Below are positions 38,601 through 49,584 of a stretch of DNA of 64,000 nt, in pieces. This DNA is from Octopus sinensis (taxonomy: Eukaryota), in the NCBI RefSeq assembly GCF_006345805.1, contig NC_043011.1, forward strand, positions 44,962,464-45,026,463, given 5' to 3'. Below the pieces are notes generated by a model that did not search any database, had not been told where the DNA came from, and worked only from the letters and a program-made list of their open reading frames with translations. Position 1 is the stretch's first letter; every line of letters begins with the position of its first letter. Position numbers and translations under genes: made by a program.

Positions 38601-39989
38601 TTGGGTCATCCCATAAATAATGTGGTTTTTTTTTAATTGCATGAATTAAAGTTGGAGGGGGACAGATTAAGCTAACTGCAGCAACTTGCTATAAAAGCAG
38701 AAAGTAATTTTACCTTACTCTTTTACTCGTTTCAGCCATGCGGCTGTGGTCATGCTGGAGCACCACCTTGTTGCTATTCTTAATGCAAGTTTTGAAGAGT
38801 GCAGTTTGATTTTAACAATTTTTCAGAGCTATAATGCAAATGACAAAGGAGCATATTCAGCATATTTTGCTTTCTGAGTTCAATAAAGGCAAAAATTCAA
38901 TGGAAAGTGTGAGCAATATTAATACAGTATATGGGGATCGGACAAACAGAAGCCAGTGTCAACTGAGGCTCCGGAAATTCTGAGCTGGAAACTACAGCCT
39001 AGAAGATCTGTAGAGCTCGACGAGGACATCCTGCAAACCCGGGTGGAGCAAAATCCTGTCATAACTGTTGAGGAACTTGCAGAGAAGCTTGGATTTAGTC
39101 ATTCAACCATTCAGCAATACCTGTGTGCCATCGGAAAAGTTAGCAAACTGGGTCAATGGATTCCTCACAAACTTTCCAAGTCTAATTGTGTGCACAGAGT
39201 GAATGTGTTCTCTTCTTTATTGTCACGTCTCATGAATGAACCTTTTTTAGACAGAATAGAGACTGGTGACGAGAAATAGATTCTCTATAAAAATGTCAAG
39301 TGCCGAAGACAGTGGATAGGAAAAGGAGAAACACTGGCACCTCAGGCTAAAGAAGGTCTTCACCCATATAAGGTGGTGTTGTCTCTATGGTGGGCTATGA
39401 AAGATTTAGCCCACTTTGAACGTTTAAACTAAAACCAAACGATAACAAAGGAGATCTACTGTGAGTAGCTTGAGCGAATTAAGCAAACACTTGAAGAAAA
39501 ACAACCATCTTTGGTTTCGAGATGCGAAGTGTTCTTCCATCCGGATAATACTCAGCCACATAAAGCAAGGATGACATTCCAAAGGCTGGAGCAGTTTGAA
39601 TGGGAAACGATGCCCCATCCACCATATTTGTTTATACTCTTTTACTTGTTTCAGTCATTTGACTGCAGCCATGCTGGAGCACCGCCTTTAGTCGGTTGTC
39701 AAGCGATGTTGGTGGGGACAAACACAGACACACAAAAACACACGCATATCTATATATATATATATATATATACACGACAGGCTTCTTTCAGTTTCCGTCT
39801 ACCAAATCCATTCACAAGGCTTTGGTCGGCCCGAGGCTAGAGTAGAAGACACTTGCTCAAAGTGCCACGCAGTGGGACTGAACCCGGAACCATGTGGATG
39901 GTAAGCAAGCTACTTACCACACAGCCACTCCTGCGCCTATGATTTTGAAAAATAAAAGTATAAAAAAACACGTTATTTATGGGAACCAA
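38601..39989 (+). pseudogene. Decayed mariner transposon with both TIRs, interrupted by a SINE (39630-39938)
   Basis: Left TIR TTGGGTCATCCCATAAATAATGTGG (38601); right TIR CACGTTATTTATGGGAACCAA (ends about 39989). Translation from 38834 MQMTKEHIQHILLSEFNKG...TGDEK*ILY...HPDNTQPH...MPHPPY with stops and frameshifts. Confidence 0.88.
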
Positions 39990-40399
39990 GCACTTTACCA
40001 CATGGCCATAAGACATGCATTACATATATTCTTGTCCAGTCTTCAATTCTCTTGTCAAATAAAGTTACAGGCCCATGTGTTATTAAAGTTTTATTAAGGA
40101 TTGGTTGACATGTCCAGTTTGTCTATGGTGTGGCCCATACTGCTGCAGTTGGGAGTTCATACATTAATGATTGGCTGGGAACGATAATGTTTCATTATTG
40201 CAGCATAATAATGTACTTCCTGCCAACTACACTCTGTCCCCCACTGCTCTGCTCTCTCTCTCTCATCCAGTGAGACATGTCCCAGTGACCCATTAACAAA
40301 ACACGGTCAGCCACAGTTTGCGTTTAGCACTCTTCTCTCTTTCATCAGTTTCCACAACTAAATATTTTTTTTATTGATCCTGAATTGTTGCTGTGGCTC

Positions 40400-40437
40400 T
40401 GCACTGATAAATTCTCTCTCTCTCTCCCTCCCTCCCC

Positions 40438-40470
<33 letters not shown>

Positions 40471-40618
40471 TGTACATGCACATATACATACATACGTGTA
40501 CTCATGCATGCATATGCACGCACATACACATGCATACGCTCACACACACATACTCATTCATACGCACACACATACATGCATATGCACACACACACATACA
40601 TGCATGCACATATGTATA

Positions 40619-40660
<42 letters not shown>

Positions 40661-40710
40661 CACATGCTTGCAAACGCATATACATACACACACACATCTA
40701 CACATATGTG
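40400..40710. repeat. Compound (CT)/(TA)/(CA) microsatellites
   Basis: Directly visible. Confidence 0.95.
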
Positions 40711-41394
40711 TCTCTGAATCAATTACTCTTTCTGCCTTCGAAACAAACCCCAATGAGTAACAAGTTGCCAGAAACTGTAGACGTTGTTGCCCTAAATACT
40801 TTCTTATAGTTAAACATTTCCTACTACCTATCTTCTTCAGTTCAAAGCTGAAAAAGTGTGACGCACTGACATTCGCATTTTTTATATTAGATTTAATCCT
40901 TAGTACTGTAGGCATGAGGCCTGGAATTTTGGGTGATGGGGCTAGTCATTTACATTGACCCCAATGTTCAACTGGTATTTATTTCATTGATCCATAAAGG
41001 ACAACAGGCAAAGTCAACCTTAGGAGGATTTGAACTCACAATGCAAAAACAGATGAAATACCTATTTCTTTACTACCCACAAGGGGCTAAACACAGAGAA
41101 GACAAACAAGAACAAACAAACAGATTAAGTCGATTACATCGACCCCAGTGCGTAACTGGTACTTATTTAATCGACCCCGAAAGGATGAAAGGTAAAGTTG
41201 ACCTCGGTGGAATTTGAACTCAGAACGTAGCGGCAGATGAAAAACTGCTAAGCATTTCGCCCAGCGTTCTAACGTTTCTGCCGTTTCAGGTAAACAGATG
41301 AAATACCTTTAAGTGTTTCATGTAACGTGGTAACAATTATGCCAGCTCACCAACCTATAACCCATATATAGTGCAAAAGAAAAAAAAAAAAAAC

Positions 41395-41530
41395 GTCCTG
41401 CAGACTGCAATAGTCAATAAAGTAGAAATGATTTTTTAAAAAAATTTATTCTTTCTGTGTGGCCCACAACCAAATGATCCATGGCTTGGTACTGGTTTAT
41501 GGTCAGGTGGTGGTCGGGCACCCTTACTGT
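41395..41530 (+). mobile_element. hAT-like MITE 3' fragment (three diverged copies)
   Basis: CTGC(A/G)ATAGT...AATGATCCA..GC..G..ACTGGT.. also seen at 34858-34975 and 44100-44220. Confidence 0.45.
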
Positions 41531-42576
41531 AAAGAGTTATGAATATTGCTTTCCCGCCTGACTAAGAGGTAAAAACAAAACAAGTCTTTGTAGTATAACA
41601 ATAGTTATACTTTAACTGAAACTAACCACTGGCCCATATGTGGTGCTTTTCATAGAGTTCACTATGTTGTTATTATTTGGGGCCAGGACTAGGTCTCTGG
41701 TTTGAGAATTTGGGAATAATTTCCTTCTACCAGTCTCCTGGTTTCTGGAAACATTCCTTGCTATTGCCCTTGGTGTTTTCCACTAATGACTTAAGAGAAC
41801 AAACTGTTATTAAAACCACCAAATAAAATTTGCTGCCTCTCTCTCCTCCACCCTGAGAAACGTTTTAAACACAATGTTTGTCCTGCGTTGGCCAGCTGTC
41901 GTTTGTGTGTGTGTGTGCGCGCGTGCGTACTTGCTTTTGTTTTTCTTTTAATGGCTTCCTGTGTGATTGTGTAAGAGTGAAGTGTAGGCTTGCCAGTTGA
42001 ATAAATGTTCCTAAGTGACAGTGCCCACTTGTGTGTGTGCATGTGTGTCTTGTCTTTGTGTGTATTTGTATGTAAATCTGGCATTCGTGTGTATCTCCTG
42101 CCATTGTGTGTGTGTGTGGGGCGGAGTAAGGCAGTATTTTACGTGTTGTCGATCATAAGAACTCTTAACTAAATATACTGGTGATCGACAACCGACCTTA
42201 AGCAATAGTTCAAGGAAACGCACAGATGTTGTGGGGGAGGGAGCAGAGAATGAGAGAGAAAGGGAGAGATAGACAATATGTAGATTGAAACCGGACGATA
42301 AAAAAAAATTGATTCTTTAGACTGTTGGACCAACTCTTGTTTGTGTATGAGAGTGGAGAAGAGATAAAAATATATAGATTAAAACATTGGAGATAAGAAA
42401 CATGCTTCTTTAGGATGTTGGACCTTCTAGACTGTGTGTGTGCGCGCGCGGTTGCGTATATGTGTTTGTGTATATATGTGTATGTTTTGTAGTCATCGGT
42501 TGTCTGCATGAATAGCCTGTGATTGCGAGTGCCTATTTTGTATAAAATAGTTTCCAACACAATAAACTAGGTAGTT

Positions 42577-42715
42577 CATTATTTACATTTGATTGATATT
42601 TGTCCTCATCTTGTTTGTTGTTAACACAACGTTTCGGCTGATATACCGTCCAGCATTCATCAGGTGTCTTGAGAAAATTTCGAACCTGGGTTCTCATTCC
42701 TAAGGTATTTTTCGA

Positions 42716-42748
<33 letters not shown>

Positions 42749-43067
42749 AGTCACTGCCTGGAATCAAACTCGGAATCTTGGGGTTTGTAGCTTGCGCTCT
42801 TAACCACTACACTATATGCCCGTAGTGGTTAAGTGCGCGGGCTACTAACCCCAAGATTCTGAGTTCGATTCCAGTCAGTGACCTGAGTAGTAATAATAAT
42901 AATAATAATATAATAATAATAATAATAACAACAACATCATCATCGAAAAATACCTTAGAAATGAGAACCCAGGTTGGAAAATTCCCCAAACAACAAACAA
43001 GATGAGGACAAATATCCGTCAAATGTAAATAATGTGTATAATTCCTCATCTCTTAAATATAGAACTG
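42577..43067. mobile_element. Inverted dimer of tRNA-head plus hammerhead-tail element
   Basis: Two head-to-head copies. The - strand arm at 42623-42668 reads GACAC-CTGATGA-ATGCTG-GACGGTATAT-CAGCC-GAAA-CGTT-GTGTT. Right terminus TATAGAACTG|TA. Confidence 0.85.
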
Positions 43068-43179
43068 TATTAAACTAGATAATTCTTCTGTTAAGTCCCT
43101 TGTAGTAACAATTTAACGACGAGGTCGATTGATCTGTTAGAAATAGCAACCTGGTTTCATAACATAGGTTACACTTTGA

Positions 43180-43410
43180 TATAAGGAGCACTGCATCCTT
43201 CAAAACTTCCATGCTTCCTGAGATTCGCCAACACTACACTTGATTTTCTCCCCTCCATACACACACAAGCATGTATCTGACTCATACATTGTTCGCTTTC
43301 CAGACATTTCTACATTACTGCATGTACTTTATATGCACTTTCTGACAAGCTGTGGTGCACCTGAGCACTGTATACGATAATTTCATTATTATTATTATTA
43401 TTATTATTTT
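43180..43410 (+). mobile_element. Probable LINE 3' end
   Basis: Ends CTGAGCACTGTATACGATAATTTC-(ATT)n. Assignment by tail structure only. Confidence 0.4.
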
Positions 43411-44941
43411 TATTTTTTATTATTATAAAGGACATTTTTAAATGATATAGTCCTAAATGCATTGTGTGGTGGTGGGTGCATTAAAATGTGACAGAAAAAA
43501 AACGGAAGTGTTTTGTCCTTGATCATATACTTCTGCTCTGTCAGAGTTGACCTAGAATTAAACAGTAGCACTAAACAGCTGTACTGTTTAGCTATTCCTG
43601 TGGTGTCATATGATACGGCTCTCCTATTAAACGTTGAATATGTATTAAGTATCAGTTCGTTGTAATGGTAAACAAGTGGTTCAACTACGGGACGTAACTC
43701 TGTATTCTGTCTTAAGAGTTACCTCCCTTAAGGACACCCGAGGCTCTTTTGTTTATTTCAATTCAATAAAACATCGCACTGGCAAATACTACAGACCACC
43801 AAACGATTTCATGCATGACAATTTTCCCACGGATCAGTGGATTAATCACATAAAACACAAACTGCATAATTTATAGCTTAATTTTTCTATAATATAATGG
43901 AAATGTACTTATTACATTCTATATTAAGCACCTTTTTTTTTTTTTATCATATTGTAACAAACACCAACAGATTTTAACGCTCTCTTTATTCTTGCAATTA
44001 ACTAGTGAGGTTAATTTATCAGTGCATGAAAACAATGCGATTTTGATAACTGCGGGAAAGAGGCACAGACAGGAGTGATAATTTTTTTTAAAGACATCTC
44101 GTAGACTGCGATAGTTAATTTAATAGAAATAAAAGAATTCGTTTTTTTTTTTTTCTGTGCAATCTGATACATAATGATCCACGGCCCGTCACTGGTTCGC
44201 AGTACGGTGATTGGAGGTTAGGATAAAAATGTTGGAGTAACCCCATCTCTTGTTTTAATCTCCAGGGTTTGATATCTTCCTGAATATGCTTGGTCTCTAA
44301 CCAATCGAATGCTGTTTTAGAAACTTACCTGCGGTCATGTACCAGCTCGATGTATTTACTCCGAAATTAAACACCTCATGTACTGTCTACTATTCTGGTC
44401 ACTTAATCTCTTCTAATATCAATAGAGGTCAGGGGATCAATATTTTAGCGGTCATCTCGCGCTTAGGGGAGATAACCGTGTTACCCTTGGTCTTATCCAA
44501 GCTGTTTCCTTCCTCATTTTGCATCCTTTCTCTTTAATTTTTACTTGTTTCACCCATTCGATTGCGGCCATGCTGGAGCACCGCTTTGAAGAGTTTAGTC
44601 GAACAAACCCACTTCAGTACCTATTTTTTGAAGCCTGATACTTCTTCTATCGGTATCTTTTTGCCGAGCTGTTAGATCATGGAGAAGTAAAAAAAAACAA
44701 CTAAAAAAAACAACTCTAGTTGTCGCATTGGCAGGGTACAAAAACAATCACACACACACATTCGTATTTTAGTCATTTGACTGGAGCACCGCCTAGTACT
44801 TTATCGGTCATTTATGTCGATCCGCTAAGTTATGGGGATGTAACCATACAAACATCGGTTGTCAAGTGATGGTGGTGGGGGAGAACAAACACGGACTCAA
44901 AAACATACACACACACACACACACATATATACACGACGAGG

Positions 44942-45495
44942 TTTATTTATATTTGACGAATATTTGTCTTCATCTTGTTCGTTCTTAACACAACGTTTTG
45001 GCTAATATACCCTCCAGCCTTCATCAGGTGTCTTGGGGAAATTTCGAACCTGGGTTCTCATTCCTAAGATATTTTTCGATGTTGTTGTTATTATTATTGT
45101 TGTTGCTGTTATTATTATTATTATTATTCAGGTCAATGCCTGGAATCGAACTCAGAGTCTTGGTGTTAGTAGCCTGCGCTCTTAACCACTACACCATAAG
45201 CCCGTTGGCCCACGGGCATATGGCGTATTGGTTAAGAGTGCAGGCTACTAATACCAAGATTCCGAGTTCGATTCCAGGCAGTGACCTGAATATTAATAAT
45301 AATAATAATAACAACAACAACAACATCGAAAAATACCTTAGGAATGAGAACCCAGGTTGAAAATTTCCCCAAGACACTTGATGAAGGCTGAAGGGTATAT
45401 CAGCCAAAATGTTGTTAACAGCAAACAAGATGAGGACAAATATACATCAAATGTAAATAATGTGCATAATTCCTCATCTCTTAAATATAGAACTG
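44942..45495. mobile_element. Inverted dimer of tRNA-head plus hammerhead-tail element
   Basis: Arms of about 255 bp around CCCG-TTGGCCCA-CGGG at about 45201-45216. Both hammerhead cores carry point changes (GAAA to AAAA; CTGA to TTGA on the + arm). Confidence 0.85.
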
Positions 45496-45765
45496 GAGGT
45501 TTATTCAGTTTCTGTCTACCAAATCCACTTGCAAAGCTTTGGTAGGCCCAAGGGTATAGTAGAAGACACTTTCCCAAGGTACCACACAGATGGGAATCAA
45601 GCTTATCACATGAGTACATGACTTATGAGCCACATTCATTGGAGTTTTAAAATGTATACACACCTTAAATAATTGTAAATTTGTTATTCTTTTTAAGCCT
45701 AGTACTTATTCTATCATTCTCTTTTGCTGAACCACTATGTGTATACATTTTTTTGGGACACCCTG

Positions 45766-45803
<38 letters not shown>

Positions 45804-48714
45804 AATAATTTACTGGTTGTGGTTTCTCCTCAGGGCAGCCCCGGTCTAGAAGACCTATGATCAAAAACATTGCAACTGTGTCTATCTTGTTTTCAGGAAT
45901 AGCATTTGTCTGGTAAGAACTTTGCTTCCCAGCCCCATGGGTTAGGTTCAGCCCTATTATGTGGTACTTCAGGCAAGTGTCTTCTACTATAGCCCCAGGC
46001 ATACCAAATCCTTGTGAGTGGATTTGATAGGCAGAAACTAAAAGCAACTCATGTTTGTGTGTGTGTGTGTGTGTGTGTATGTATATATATATTCTGGGGG
46101 TGGGAGTTCATAGTCTACAAGGCTTAACTAAACTGAAAGGAAATCCCAGAAGAATTTTAAAACTCCAATGAATGTAGCTCGTAAGTCATGTACTCAGGCA
46201 TGTATCTGTAAGTGCTTGTGTGTGTTTATGCTTATATCATAGGCTCTGTGTGTGTAGTCTGTTGCGTGTGTGTATATATTTGTGTATTTAATCTGTTGTG
46301 TATATCTGTGTGTCATGCGTTTTGTATGCATGTAAATGTAGGTTGCTGCATGTACATTGTCTCTGATGGGTTACAGTACACATATACACACACTGATATT
46401 TATTTGCCATTATACAACACAAAAACCATGTCATTCACTTTGATAATTTTCTTTTATGTTTTTAGTTAAAAAAGAAAATAAGTGAATTTAATAGAATCAT
46501 GACAAAGGAGAAAAAAAAATCCACCTCTTTGTGACAATGTCAACAATGGAGTGGATGGGGAGCAAACACAAGACCTCTTATATCTTAGCTTTGTCATTAT
46601 GATTTGATCATTTTGTGTGCGTGTGGTAGGAATGAGGAGGTCACATGTCTTTAATCATTTAGAACTGCCCCAAATCTTCCCCCTTTGAAGACAGGCTTAT
46701 TTGTCTGAGATGAGTTTGTTTGTTAGACTTACAGTGTTTCAGCTTATCAACTCATGTTCAAAGCCAGTGCTGTCTAGTTATTTTAGTGTCATCCTTGGCC
46801 AAGCAAATAATTCTATTTGGTTTAGACTGTATTTTCAGAACAGGTTCTTCTGGTTTTCTCTTCACGGTTCAGTGGGAGTCATTCAGATGTAAATATTATA
46901 AAAATTGGCTCACCCCTGACCCCACTCTCATTCAAACAAAACAGAATAAAAAAAAATTGAACGTCCCCACCACTACCACCACCTCCACCCTTTAACAATC
47001 ACTATGCCCACCCACGCAGCTATGTTGGTTATTTAGAGTGGCTGCAAGTATTTTAACTACTCGATTATCACTCTCTGGCAATTAATTAACTAACGAGATT
47101 CTATTTACAGCACAGTCCTATGTTACACCTGGATTCTATTTAGTACAGTATGAACACACTACCTCACCTTTATAAATGTCTCATTAGTTTGTTGTTGATA
47201 TCATGGAGTCTCACAGACACACACACATACAGTTTGCTTTCCATGAAATTTGCTTCCTATCCAGATGGTTTGGAATTCAGTCCCAATATGTGGCACCTTG
47301 CGCAAGTGTCTTTTACTATAGCTCTGATCCGACCAAAGCCTTGTGAGTGGATATGGTAGATGGAAACTGAAAGAAGTCCTATACCATATTTTCTGGCATA
47401 TGTCAAATTTTTATTGTAAAAATTTACTACCAAAAACAAAAGGGTAGGTCAACTTCTACACCAAAACAACTTTGGAGGACCAAAAATTCCATGTGAAATG
47501 CAGAAGGACTTGGAAAGACAGTGACAGTGTTTGAATGTTTATACTATGTATTACATTGACATGTATGTCAGAATGTTCCTTCCTTCTTTCCTTTTCAAGC
47601 CATACCAGGCTCATAAGGGCCAGTTTCCTGGTTTCAGTGGCATAGAAATTCCGAACCTGGACGGGACGCCAGTCTGTCACAGGATTACTCATTTTTGCCA
47701 GCTGAGTGAACTGAAGCAGCGTGAAATGGAGTGTTTTGCTCAAGAGCACAACATATCGCCCTGTCCAGGAATCGAAACCACAACCGTACGATCATAATTT
47801 CAACAGCCTAACCACTAAGCCACGCACCTCCACTATGTCAGAATGTGTGTGTGTGTGTTTGTGACTCCAGATTATTGTAAATGAATGTCATTTATTTCCA
47901 GTATTCTGCAAAGCCATGTCAAGCCATTGGGAAATATTACCTTGCTTGGAAGCAGGTAAGGATTGGTGATAGGGAAAGCATCCAGTCGTAGAACATGTGC
48001 CTCAATAAACTCTACTAACCCATGCAAGCATGGAAAAGTGGGCGTTAAAATGATGAATGTGTATGTGTTCTTTCTATTTCTTTACTACCCACAAAGGGCT
48101 AAACACAGAGAGGACAAACAAGGACAGACAAACGGATTAGGTCGATTATATCGACCCCAGTGTGTAACTGGTACTTATTTAATTGACCCCGAAAGGATGA
48201 AAGGCAAAGTCGACCTCTGCGGAATTTGAACTCAGAACGTAGGGACAGACGAAATACCGCTAAGCATTTCGCCCGGCGTGCTACCGTTTCTGCTAGCTCG
48301 CCGTATGTGTATATGTTCTTCCTTTTAAGGGCCATTGAGTAGTGGTGCTTAGTGTAACCCTGTTTACAGGATCCAGATGTGAGACAATATCAGTTTATTG
48401 CAAGTAACATTCCCTGTTATTATACCTGCTGTACCTTAACAGGTGAGAGTGTTTTCATCTACAACTGGTCACATTCCTCCTGTGTCACACCTGTTGTACT
48501 TTAGCAGGTGAGATAGTATTTGTATACAGCAGGTAACATTCCTCTGTCATCATGTCACCTGATACCTTCAAGTTCAAATACTTGTCTCTAATGCTGATTC
48601 TCTTGACCTCTCTCATTGAACATGAGCAATGTCAGATGAAGTGCTCTGAGCAGGAAAATTCAACTAAACTGCAGTGGATTTGAACTCCTGATCCATGAGC
48701 AAGGAGCCAATATT

Positions 48715-48925
48715 TCTCTCTCTCTCTCTCCCCCTCCCTTTCTCTCTCCCCCTCCCTTTCTCTCTCTCCCTCCCTTTCTCTCTCTCCCTCCCTTTCTCTC
48801 TCTCCCTCCCTTTCTCTCTCTTCCTCCTTCCCCTCTCTTCCTCCTTCCCTTTCTCTCTCTTTCTTTCTCTCTCTTTCTTTCTCTCTCTTTCTCTCTCTCT
48901 CTTTCTCTCTCCCCCCTCCCTCCCC

Positions 48926-48975
<50 letters not shown>
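48715..48975. repeat. Polypyrimidine/polypurine (CT-rich) tract
   Basis: About 260 nt of C/T only, with an 18-bp subunit CTTTCTCTCTCTCCCTCC. Confidence 0.95.
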
Positions 48976-48979
<4 letters not shown>

Positions 48980-49142
48980 GCAACAAAATATAAAGTAATT
49001 AACTTACTTCAACTTGTGGCTTAACCTTCTTTAAAACTTTCTGGTCTTTATACACAGGGTGCTGTTGTTGCTATTGTTGTAAGATGAACCACACTGGCTG
49101 TAGTCCCTGCTATTAAAAGCCGGGACTACAGCAGTCATCTTC

Positions 49143-49584
49143 AACCCTTTAAGCCTTCAGATTACTCTGTCAAATGTAACGCTTATTTATCCACACTGTT
49201 TTTGAATTAATCATGTGTTATCTCCATAGCTTTGAGACTTCGATGATATGGCTGTAAACTTTTAGAGCGACATTGTAGGGTAGGTGTAAGAGGCCTGATC
49301 TGGCTGGTATCAACAGAAAACAGGTAGAATATTTTGGCTGGTTTAACCCTTTAGTATTTAAACCGGCCATATCCGGCCAAAATATTTCATCTGTTTTATG
49401 TTCAAACTGACCAGATCCAGGCTCTCACACCTACCCTACAATGTTATTCTACATTAAGTAATTACACCATCAAGATCTTGAAGATATAAGATAATGCATG
49501 ATTTATTCAAATCAACGTGAATCAATAAGCATTATGTTTGATAGAATAATCAGAACATTAAAGGGTTAAATGCTGAAGAGTTAA
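49143..49584. mobile_element. TTAA-MITE containing a nested copy of its own family (49347-49565)
   Basis: Inner TTAA|CCCTTTAG...TAAAGGG|TTAA sits in the subterminal TTAA of an oppositely oriented outer copy. Confidence 0.7.
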
